A stretch of DNA of 12,306 bases from a bacterium (GCA_044869275.1 JBIOXB010000169.1:1-12306); one strand, 5' to 3'; shown: positions 1 through 6,978, counted from the first letter of the stretch. Translations and numbers: made by a program. Notes: generated by a model from the letters alone, not told the origin.

Positions 1-50
1 TTGGATAATTTTTCAGCTGGCAACGTTAAGGCGCTGCCACCACTTGGCGC

Positions 51-146
51 TGTCATTCAAAGGGAATACTGGTCAGCATTGTCGAAGCCTGGTTAACTGT
101 TACGAGCTCCGTGTTCGGCGCTGACCAGGATTCCTTCTGGATGACA
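51..146. repeat. REP/RPE-like palindromic element with 27-bp imperfect inverted arms
   Basis: Left arm TGTCATTCAAAGGGAATACTGGTCAGC (51-77) and right arm GCTGACCAGGATTCCTTCTGGATGACA (120-146) pair with 4 mismatches. GTCAT...ATGAC termini match the element at 12233-12300. It lies just downstream of the minus-strand gene ending at 191. Confidence 0.7.
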
Positions 147-190
147 AACTCGTGAATCACAAAGTCGGGCTTTGGTATGAGATTCTGAAT

Positions 191-1828
191 TCAATGATGG
201 GGTACTAGCCACTGTTCATCCCATTCGGCGATCTCGTAACGATCGGTCATGGGAAAGTGCGGCGGCCGTGTTTTTTCGAAGCGTTTGTCAAATTGCACGC
301 GCGTCGCATAACGCGGCTCGGTGGCGGAAAGTGAACCGACGGCCAGACTGCCGTAGACGTGCAGCGTGCCCGTGTTGCGCGCAGAATATTCGGAAACGCG
401 AAAACGGCCCTTGGCCAGAATCGCGGCGCAGATTTTCAAATCGCCCGGGCCGGTCACAGAGGGCGGCGCAATTTCGAGATCTTTCGCGCTCACCAATCCG
501 AGAAAATCGCCGGAAGCGGGAAACGTTTCCGGATCCCGGTCATACCACAGATCATCGTCGATGATGATTTTGTTTTCGCCGTAAACCAGCCACTCGCCCT
601 GGACCGTGCCCTTGACGTGCAGCTTGCTCTTGCCGACAATGCAACCCGGCGTTTGATCCGACACAGCGTGATGCTCGGCCTCCGGCGCAGAAGCGGAACG
701 CCACGTGTAGCTGCCGTCACGAAGAAACGTGATCCAGGTCTCTTCCGCAAAGGTCTGGACATGCGCAGTGTCCCGCGCTATCTCCAAAAAGACGCGCGGC
801 AAGGGAATGCCTTCAGCGCCTTCTTCAATGCCGGCAAGGAAAATTTTGGCGGGATCGGGAAAGAAAGGCGTGGCGCCGCTGCGCATGGCATAATAGCCCG
901 CGGTGGTGACTTTGCCGTGGAATTTCGGCTGTGTGCCGGCGCTGGCGCTGAGCACCAAAGCGCTGTTGCTGTGAAAGCGACCGTCAAGCTCGTCGGCATG
1001 CAGGGCCACTTGCGGATCCCAGTAATCCACAAATTGGGCAAACTGCGAAAAGGCGAGACGTCGCATGCGCAAGCGCGTTGATAGGGTATCGTCACCTTCT
1101 ACTGTCGAGACTGTGACTCCCAGCTCGTCGAAACCGGTGGCTGAGCCTGCCGGGAAATATTGCACGGTAAACTGGAACCGCTGGCCGTCTTTTTCCCAGG
1201 CAAAAGCCGAATCAGACGCCGCGAGCGCCGGCAGTTTGGCGACGAATTTCTTGACTTTTTTCAAGATGGCGTCGCGTTGCGGCGACGACACCGCCACATG
1301 GCGCGGCACGAGCTTGAGATTGGCGAGGGCAGTTTCCGGCATTCGCGCGCTGATCGCGAGTGGCGGATTCAGCGGCGAGGTTTCGGCGGGAAAATCTGCG
1401 GCGCCAAGCGTGGCGTTGCCTGGGCCGGAATTTTCGTTCGTGCGAGAGGCGCCTGCCGAGGGGGAAGCGGACGCTATTTCCGTTGGAGAGGGTGAGATCG
1501 CTTCTGGCATCGTTGGAAGTGAGGTTGCCGAAGCTTTCTCACCCGCTCGAGGCAGGATGGATGCAGATTGGCGACTGATTGAGTTCCCGGAACTCGCCGC
1601 CTTGGGCGCAGCTTTTGCTTTCAGCGCCAACGTATTGGAGAAAACGACTTCAAAACCCCAATGAGGAATATGAAAACGGGAAGAGTCGGGCCATTCAACC
1701 AGACGGTTGGCCACGATCAGCAGCAGAAAATGAATGAAAACCGAGAGCCCGATCGAGGCCGTATATTCCATCGGCACCTGGCGCAGGCGGCGGAAGTTTT
1801 CGACAAGCCGGTTTGGCAAAGGCATCAC
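191..1828 (-). CDS. Hypothetical membrane-anchored protein: N-terminal TM helix, Ala/Ser/Pro-rich linker, C-terminal beta-rich domain (PilX/DUF4900-like)
   Basis: 545-aa ORF with hydrophobic segment SIGLSVFIHFLLLIVA and a low-complexity linker. C-terminal motifs (GRFHSN, LHVKGTV, IIIDDDLWY, LGLVSAKDLEIA, LHVYGSL) resemble DUF4900/PilX-type C-terminal domains. The start is uncertain (GTG 1828, ATG 1825 or later). Confidence 0.75.
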   Translation of the reverse strand: MMPLPNRLVENFRRLRQVPMEYTASIGLSVFIHFLLLIVANRLVEWPDSSRFHIPHWGFEVVFSNTLALKAKAAPKAASSGNSISRQSASILPRAGEKASATSLPTMPEAISPSPTEIASASPSAGASRTNENSGPGNATLGAADFPAETSPLNPPLAISARMPETALANLKLVPRHVAVSSPQRDAILKKVKKFVAKLPALAASDSAFAWEKDGQRFQFTVQYFPAGSATGFDELGVTVSTVEGDDTLSTRLRMRRLAFSQFAQFVDYWDPQVALHADELDGRFHSNSALVLSASAGTQPKFHGKVTTAGYYAMRSGATPFFPDPAKIFLAGIEEGAEGIPLPRVFLEIARDTAHVQTFAEETWITFLRDGSYTWRSASAPEAEHHAVSDQTPGCIVGKSKLHVKGTVQGEWLVYGENKIIIDDDLWYDRDPETFPASGDFLGLVSAKDLEIAPPSVTGPGDLKICAAILAKGRFRVSEYSARNTGTLHVYGSLAVGSLSATEPRYATRVQFDKRFEKTRPPHFPMTDRYEIAEWDEQWLVPHH

Positions 1829-2085
1829 TGCGGGTTATTCGATTGCAGCACCTTCAACGCTTGCGGATCGGCATTGCAAAATCATCCCACAAAAATATTT
1901 TAAAGACAGAAAGATTCGAGGACAGAAAAATGTTTGCCGTCGACTCGCAAGCTGCACGGTTAGCATCGCTTTGAGACTCTACGTTCCATTTTTCTGTCCT
2001 TGAGCAAAATAATAGGCACGCGCGAAACGAATTTGGTACACTGTCACCATAATTCTTGTAACCACTTGACTGAGTGAGAAGGAAT

Positions 2086-2204
2086 CAGACTGTGTGAAAA
2101 CATGGGAATGCCGCACCCTAAGCTTGTCGAAGGGTGCTAAGTTCAAAAAATCCGGCTTCGACAAGCTCAGCCGGCGTTGAAATCAAGCGTTTTCACACGG
2201 TCTG
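2086..2204. mobile_element. MITE copy 1 (119 bp) with 14-bp terminal inverted repeats and an internal palindrome
   Basis: Ends CAGACTGTGTGAAA / TTTCACACGGTCTG. Internal arms CTAAGCTTGTCGAAG / CTTCGACAAGCTCAG. Flanked by direct repeat AAT (2083-2085, 2205-2207). A near-identical copy is at 5251-5368. Confidence 0.85.
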
Positions 2205-2243
2205 AATCTTGTGCGCCATAATCACAGTGCTTGATTCAACCAA

Positions 2244-2265
2244 GATCCCGCAAGGCGGGATGACA
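2244..2265. repeat. Half copy of an RPE/REP-like palindrome (short GC hairpin)
   Basis: GATCCCGCAAGGCGGGATGACA forms stem ATCCCGC/GCGGGAT and resembles the right arm (GATTCCCGC...GCGGGAATGAC) of the element at 12233-12300. Confidence 0.5.
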
Positions 2266-2656
2266 TGACTGAGGGCAGAGGCGTATTACCTATTCAAACA
2301 CAGAATAAAATTCGGAAAACTTTTGACCGGCAGCCAGTTTTCTTAAAATCTCGCGAACATTACATAAAATCTGCGCAAAAGGCAATAACTTCGCGCAAGC
2401 CCCTGAGCTGGCATTCTGTACGGATTGGTTAACGGATTAAACAAGCGAACAGAGTGGGATTTTTGCAAGAAGCAGAAGTTCACTGGCAGGGATAGTAATG
2501 CAACAGTGCTGGTGCGAGCTGCAATTCTCCGGGAAAATTCGAGAGCAATGACGGGGCTTACCGCGCTATCCCGTTGCGGGTGAAGTGGAGGAGTGATCCA
2601 GAGGACACGCAGGATCGGCGCCGCCATGCCGCTCGACTACGCGCCCCCTGGAATTC

Positions 2657-3187
2657 TCAGGTGAGGTTTTGATCTTGCCGCGCCAGCGTTTCATAATCCG
2701 GCCGGTCGGCGATGGTTTGGTGCCGGAACGCGCGCACAATTTCGCCGCGGTGCAGCAGAAAAACCCCGGGCATTTGCAGGACGTTTCCCATGGGCCGGCC
2801 GCCTCTGTTCTTGTTCGCCCGAACGTTTTCCCATCCCCGTTTCCAAACCTTGGGGCGGAGGAAATGCAGCGGACTCGCCACGCGCAATTCAAAGGCGCGA
2901 TACAATTCCCGTTTGGGATCGCTCACGCGCGGCAGGTCTTGCAGGCCATAGCGCGCGAAAAGCGATTCCGATCTTTCCTGCTGCCCTTGATGGACAAACG
3001 CCAACTGCGTTCCGCTCGCGGCTATGGCTTGGCGCTGGTCCGCAACATCGGCCAAAGTCTCGCGGCAAAACGTTCAGCCGAAATGGCGCAGAAAGATCAG
3101 CAGCACGGGCGTGCGATTTGACAAATGGAGCAAGCTGTCGCCCTGCTGGGTCCTGGCCTGCACCAGTTTTTTTTCAAAGTCGTTCAA
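2657..3187 (-). CDS. AhpC/TSA-like (AhpC-TSA_2, SelL/SelU-related) redoxin, probable selenoprotein with UxxC motif, about 176 aa
   Basis: ORF 2657-3055 continues upstream in frame through one TGA (3076-3074): (M)NDFEKKLVQARTQQGDSLLHLSNRTPVLLIFLRHFG-U-TFCRETLADV. The family motif is FLRHxGCxxCRE. Downstream family motifs VSDPKRELYRAF, QMPGVF and DRPDY are present. Proposed TTG start at 3187 follows a GGGA RBS that overlaps the sigma gene stop. Confidence 0.85.
3028..3057 (-). promoter_or_regulatory. Candidate bacterial SECIS hairpin for the AhpC-like gene
   Basis: Starting 18 nt after the UGA, the minus strand reads UUGG-CCG-AUGUUG-CGG-A-CCAG, a stem with a bulged A. An alternative outer pairing is UUGGC/GCCAA. 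Folded by eye only. Confidence 0.45.
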
Positions 3188-3191
3188 GAGA

Positions 3192-4073
3192 TCATCCCAA
3201 ATACTGCCGCAAGGGCTGTTGCCGGAATTGCAGGCGCATGCGCGCCAGCGCTTTTTCGCGAATTTGCCGCACGCGCTCGCGGGTCAAACGATAACGATTG
3301 CCGACTTCCTGCAGCGAGAGAGGTTGATCATCCTCCAAGCCGAAACACAGCTTCAGAATCTCCGCCTCCCTGGGATTGAGCGTCTCCAAAGCGTGGCGCA
3401 AGTCCAGGCGCAGCGATTCCTGCATCAACTCTTGATCAGGTGAATCGTACCCGTCGCTCATGAGCGTATCCATGACGCGGTAGCCTTCCATGTTGGGCAT
3501 GGGCTGTTCCAGTGACACGGGGTGCGCGCCATCTTTGAGAAGCTGCATCACCTCGAGCTCGGACAGCTTTATCAGCGCAGCCACTTCCTTCATCGCCGGC
3601 GGGCGGCCCTGGTGTTCCTCCAGGTTTTGCACGATGCGGGTCAGCCGGTTGAGCGCATTGATACGATTCAGCGGCAGGCGTACGATGCGATGATGCTCGG
3701 AAATCCCCTGCAAAATCGCCTGGCGGATCCACCACACGGCGTATGAAATGAATTTGAACCCCTTGGTTTCGTCGAAGCGCTCGGCCGCCTTCAACAAACC
3801 GGCATTGCCTTCGCTGATCAAATCCTCCAGTGGCAAGCCCCTGCCCTGGTATCTTTTCGCAATGCTGATCACGAAGCGCAAATTGGCGCAGATCAAGCCG
3901 TTTAGCGCCTCCTGATCGCCGCTTTTGAAGCGCCGCACCAAATCCACTTCCTTTTGCGCAGAAATCGGGAGGCAGTTTTCCAGATCCTCCAGGTATCTTC
4001 TGACCACTGGCATGCTGCTCTCCGTGTTTTTCTGGCGCCTACTGGGTGCAGAGATGCTGCGCGCTTTTTTCAT
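3192..4073 (-). CDS. RNA polymerase sigma-70 factor, short RpoD/SigA family lacking region 1.1
   Basis: 293 aa. Region 1.2 RRYLEDL; region 2 ANLRFVISIAKRYQGRGLPLEDLISEGNAGLLKAAERFDETKGFKFISYAVWWIRQAI; region 3 IVRLP...PVSLEQP; region 4 LTRERVRQIREKAL. RBS AGGAGG lies upstream of the ATG. Confidence 0.96.
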   Translation of the reverse strand: MKKARSISAPSRRQKNTESSMPVVRRYLEDLENCLPISAQKEVDLVRRFKSGDQEALNGLICANLRFVISIAKRYQGRGLPLEDLISEGNAGLLKAAERFDETKGFKFISYAVWWIRQAILQGISEHHRIVRLPLNRINALNRLTRIVQNLEEHQGRPPAMKEVAALIKLSELEVMQLLKDGAHPVSLEQPMPNMEGYRVMDTLMSDGYDSPDQELMQESLRLDLRHALETLNPREAEILKLCFGLEDDQPLSLQEVGNRYRLTRERVRQIREKALARMRLQFRQQPLRQYLG

Positions 4074-4210
4074 AGCAACCTCCTATTCATCGCCGCAGAA
4101 AAGCCGGAAAGACACTTGTACGACTTTCCTGATATGAAAGCTGTTGTTGTCTCAAAAATGACTATATAAATTTAAAGCATTATCTGTCTGACTAAATATT
4201 GTTGCGAATT

Positions 4211-4238
4211 AATATAGAAATAAAATGATCATAGTCAA
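4211..4238 (-). promoter_or_regulatory. Putative sigma-70 promoter for the sigma-redoxin operon
   Basis: Minus-strand TTGACT (4238-4233), 16-bp spacer, TATATT (4216-4211), in an AT-rich intergenic region. Confidence 0.55.
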
Positions 4239-4246
4239 GCATCTTC

Positions 4247-4275
4247 TTGACAAATGGTCAACAAAAATATATATT
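4247..4275 (+). promoter_or_regulatory. Putative sigma-70 promoter for the CarH-like gene, overlapped by candidate CarH operator repeats
   Basis: TTGACA (4247-4252), 17-bp spacer, TATATT (4270-4275). TTGACA and TCAACA (4258-4263) are TnnACA cores exactly 11 bp apart. Confidence 0.65.
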
Positions 4276-4280
4276 GTTAA

Positions 4281-5237
4281 ATGCAAATGGACGCTAAGTC
4301 GAAATTTCCCATTAGAGTGGTTGCTCAAAGAACCGGCTTGAACGTTCACATTATTCGCATCTGGGAACGCAGGTACGGCGCAGTTTCACCTGCGCGCACG
4401 CCGACAAAACGCCGTCTTTACACGCAAACGGACGTGGACCGTCTCATTCTGCTGCGCCGTGCGGTTGCTGCCGGTCACAGCATTGGACAAATCGCGCGCA
4501 TGACCGACGAGCAAATCCTTGAGGTTTTGAGCGACCCTCACAGTACGGTTGCACTGAATGCAACGGCGGCGCACCTTGTGCTGGCGGCAGAAAATGAAAC
4601 GGACCTGGCGCAATCCCATCTCCAGGCCTGTTTGCATGAAATCCAAAATTTTAATAGTGATGGATTGGATGCGGCTTTGGCGCGCGCCTCGGTGGTGCTC
4701 AGCCAGCCGGTCTTAATCGACCGGGTGATCGTGCCGTTGATGGATCAGATCGGAGAGTTGTGGTGCCAGGGAAAATTCCGCATCGTGCAAGAGCGGCTCG
4801 CGTCCACGATCGTGCGCACTTTTTTGGGCGGGCTGAAAAACTCCCATCAACTGCCGGCCTCGGCCCCGCGCATTTTGGTGACGACGCCGCAAGGACAGTA
4901 TCACGAATTGGGCGCGCTGATGGCAGCGGTCACCGCCGGCACGCAGGGATGGCATGTAACCTATCTTGGCCCCGGTTTGCCGGCGGAAGAAATCGCCGCC
5001 GGAGCGATGCAAAACAATGCGCGCGCGGTCGCGCTCAGCATTATCTATCCGGCGGACGACCCCATGCTGGAGCAGGAGCTGCGTAAATTGCGGCGCCTGC
5101 TGGCTCTTGATACCGTTCTCATCGTCGGCGGGCGAGCCGCCGGCCACTATGCCGCGGTCCTGGCCGAAACCGGCGTGATGCGCATGGATAGTGTCGCCGC
5201 CTTCCGGGCTCAGCTTGAAGCCATCCGGCTTGGGTGA
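4281..5237 (+). CDS. carH: CarH/LitR-family MerR transcriptional regulator with B12-binding domains
   Basis: N-terminal MerR HTH with RIWERRYG and RRLY. Four-helix bundle GELWCQGKFRIVQERLAS. Rossmann B12 domain with QYHELG, GWHVTYLGPGLP, VALS and IVGG. The start is ATG 4281 or 4287. Confidence 0.92.
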   Translation: MQMDAKSKFPIRVVAQRTGLNVHIIRIWERRYGAVSPARTPTKRRLYTQTDVDRLILLRRAVAAGHSIGQIARMTDEQILEVLSDPHSTVALNATAAHLVLAAENETDLAQSHLQACLHEIQNFNSDGLDAALARASVVLSQPVLIDRVIVPLMDQIGELWCQGKFRIVQERLASTIVRTFLGGLKNSHQLPASAPRILVTTPQGQYHELGALMAAVTAGTQGWHVTYLGPGLPAEEIAAGAMQNNARAVALSIIYPADDPMLEQELRKLRRLLALDTVLIVGGRAAGHYAAVLAETGVMRMDSVAAFRAQLEAIRLG

Positions 5238-5250
5238 GTTCATCAGCGGC

Positions 5251-5368
5251 CAGACTGTGTGAAAACTTGAGAATGCCGCACCCTGAGCTTGTCGAAGGGT
5301 GCCAAGTTCAAGAATCCGGCTTCGACAAGCTCAGCCGGCGTTGAAACCAAGCGCTTTCACACAGTCTG
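5251..5368. mobile_element. MITE copy 2 (118 bp)
   Basis: Perfect 14-bp TIRs CAGACTGTGTGAAA / TTTCACACAGTCTG. Perfect internal 15-bp IR CTGAGCTTGTCGAAG (5283-5297) / CTTCGACAAGCTCAG (5320-5334). Flanked by direct repeat GGC (5248-5250, 5369-5371). Confidence 0.88.
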
Positions 5369-5425
5369 GGCATTCTGATATGGCGAGTTGCATCCCCTCA
5401 TCACCTTATATGGACAGGGAGACCA

Positions 5426-5773
5426 ATGGCAAGAGTCGATTGGTATTACCACCGCCCCAGCTGAGACACCTGCGCCAAAACGCAAGAGTTTCTTGCGCAG
5501 CACAACATCGAACCGGCGGAAAAGACCAGCACCAAAAAAGCCAGCTATCCCAAAAAACAAGTGCTCGCACTGCTGCAAGGCATCGATGAAATCTACGCCA
5601 CCAAAGGCAGAGCCGTCGTTCATGTGAATCTCAAAAAAGACAAACCGGACGAGGCGGCGTTATTTGAATTGCTCATCGGACGAACCGGCAATTTGCGTTC
5701 GCCCGCTTTGCGCCTCGGGCGCAAGCTGGTGGTGGGATTTGACGAAGCCACCTACCAGAAGGTTTTTGCTTGA
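5426..5773 (+). CDS. ArsC/Spx-like thioredoxin-fold protein, probable selenoprotein with UxxC motif, 115 aa
   Basis: ATG 5426 follows RBS AGGGAG. It reads MARVDWYYHRPS-U(TGA 5462-5464)-DTCAKTQEFL... in frame with ORF 5561-5773, which carries GRTGNLRSPALRLGRKLVVGFDEATY. The N-terminus matches the ArsC-family YHxPxCxTCxK motif. Confidence 0.88.
5481..5497 (+). promoter_or_regulatory. Candidate bacterial SECIS hairpin for the ArsC-like gene
   Basis: Perfect stem CGCAAGA-GTT-TCTTGCG starts 16 nt after the UGA. The apical loop begins with G, 23 nt after the UGA, which fits bacterial SECIS geometry. Confidence 0.65.
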
Positions 5774-5791
5774 TGCGAAGCGGAGGAAAGG

Positions 5792-6685
5792 ATGAAAATC
5801 TTAATCAGCGGTTCTACCGGCTTGATCGGCACGGTGCTGATCAAATCGCTCTTGGGGCAAGGCCATCAAGTGGCACGCTTGGTGCGCACGCCGGGAAAAT
5901 ACAGCGAGCCCGTCGTGCTGTGGAATCCCGAGGCCGGCACATTGAATCCTGCGGCGTGTGAAGGTTATGACGCAGTGGTTCATCTTGCAGGTGAGAATAT
6001 CGCAAAGAGATGGTCGGCCGCACAGAAAGCCAAGATCAGAAACAGCCGCGTGCAGGGCACAACTTTGCTCAGCTCAACGCTGGCGAAATTGAGCAAGCCC
6101 GCGCACGTGCTGGTGAGCGCTTCGGCGATCGGCTACTATGGCGATCGCGGCGGCGAAATGTTGCGCGAAGACAGCAAGCCGGGCACCGGTTTTCTCGCCG
6201 AAACTAGCGTGGCTTGGGAAAAATCCGCGGAACCGGCAGCACAAGCAGGAATACGCGTTGTGCATCCTCGCCTGGGCGTGGTGTTGACGCCTCGAGGCGG
6301 CGCACTGCAGAAAATGTTGCTGCCATTCAAGCTCGGCTTGGGCGGAGTCATGGGCAATGGCGAGCAATACTGGAGCTGGGTCACGCTGGACGACGTCATC
6401 GGCGCGATGCAGCATTGCCTGCAAAGCGAAGGCTTGCGCGGGCCGGTGAATGTCGTCGCGCCGCATGCCGTGACCAATCGCGAATTCACGAAGGCGCTCG
6501 GACGGGCTTTATCCCGGCCCACGATTTTTCCGGTGCCGGCTTTTGCCGCGCGCCTGGTGTTGGGAGAAATGGCGGATGACCTGCTGCTTTCCAGCGCGCG
6601 TATCGAGCCGACACAATTGATTGCCAGCGGGTATAAATTTCGTCATACGGAACTAGAAGCTGCGTTGCGGGCATTGTTGAAGTAG
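5792..6685 (+). CDS. TIGR01777 family NAD-dependent oxidoreductase/epimerase (YfcH-like, C-terminal DUF1731)
   Basis: MKILISGSTGLIG Rossmann motif, VVHLAGENI, SASAIGYYG, FKLGLGG, YWSWVTLDD, GPVNVVAP, RPTIFPVPAF. RBS GGAGGA lies upstream. Confidence 0.95.
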   Translation: MKILISGSTGLIGTVLIKSLLGQGHQVARLVRTPGKYSEPVVLWNPEAGTLNPAACEGYDAVVHLAGENIAKRWSAAQKAKIRNSRVQGTTLLSSTLAKLSKPAHVLVSASAIGYYGDRGGEMLREDSKPGTGFLAETSVAWEKSAEPAAQAGIRVVHPRLGVVLTPRGGALQKMLLPFKLGLGGVMGNGEQYWSWVTLDDVIGAMQHCLQSEGLRGPVNVVAPHAVTNREFTKALGRALSRPTIFPVPAFAARLVLGEMADDLLLSSARIEPTQLIASGYKFRHTELEAALRALLK

Positions 6686-6694
6686 GAAACCGCT

Positions 6695-6964
6695 TTAATT
6701 GATCGCCGGCGTTTTGAAGAGACCAAACTTCGTAATCGTCGGAGCTGCCTTCGCTTGATGAATAATCAAACGGACTTTTGCCCAATAGGTTTCTTTTTGG
6801 TTGTCAACGAGGTTTTGCGCAGAAAAGCGGCGATCTTTGCCGCGCACGTTTGAGGCGGCGAAATACCGTCCTGGGCTGCTGACATTGATCCACCCAAGAT
6901 AGCGCCGAGCCATGTCATCAACAGGAAATGTTTTATGGAGTGCAGCGCAGTTTTTTTTGCCCAA
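6695..6964 (-). pseudogene. Deleted remnant of a GH29 alpha-L-fucosidase C-terminal region (F5/8 type C-like domain)
   Basis: AASNVRGKDRRFSAQNLVDNQKETYWA joins directly to KVRLIIHQAKAAPTITKFGLFK. These resemble the start and end of the F5/8-C domain, with the middle missing. Upstream INVSSPGRYF recalls GH29 DVSIRPGWFY. Recognised from memory of the family. Confidence 0.55.
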
Positions 6965-6978
6965 GGACTAGTGCACTG

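Noticed and set aside
2086..2204. CRISPR repeat or tRNA/ncRNA reading of the repeated element
   Set aside because: Only two copies 3.1 kb apart, no spacer periodicity, no cas genes and no cloverleaf.
1979..2627. Small minus-strand ORFs 1979-2164 and 2343-2627
   Set aside because: No recognisable domain or clear RBS; the first begins inside the MITE.
2560..2650. Possible histidine-kinase C-terminal relic (RVVERHGG ... GSLLHFT)
   Set aside because: It needs frameshifts and is too short to tell from chance.
2086..5368. Composite transposon carrying redoxin-sigma-carH between the two MITEs
   Set aside because: Each copy has its own target duplication (AAT versus GGC) and the outer flanks do not match, so these are independent insertions.
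5299..5627. Small ORFs 5299-5589, 5388-5627 and 5357-5623
   Set aside because: They are shadow frames over the MITE and the ArsC-like selenoprotein gene, with no recognisable motifs.
2657..5773. Alternative genetic code (UGA = Trp or Gly) as the reason for in-frame TGA
   Set aside because: TGA ends many genes here (sigma, carH, ArsC-like, phosphatase, GH109), Trp is encoded by TGG, and in-frame TGA appears only at CxxC positions.
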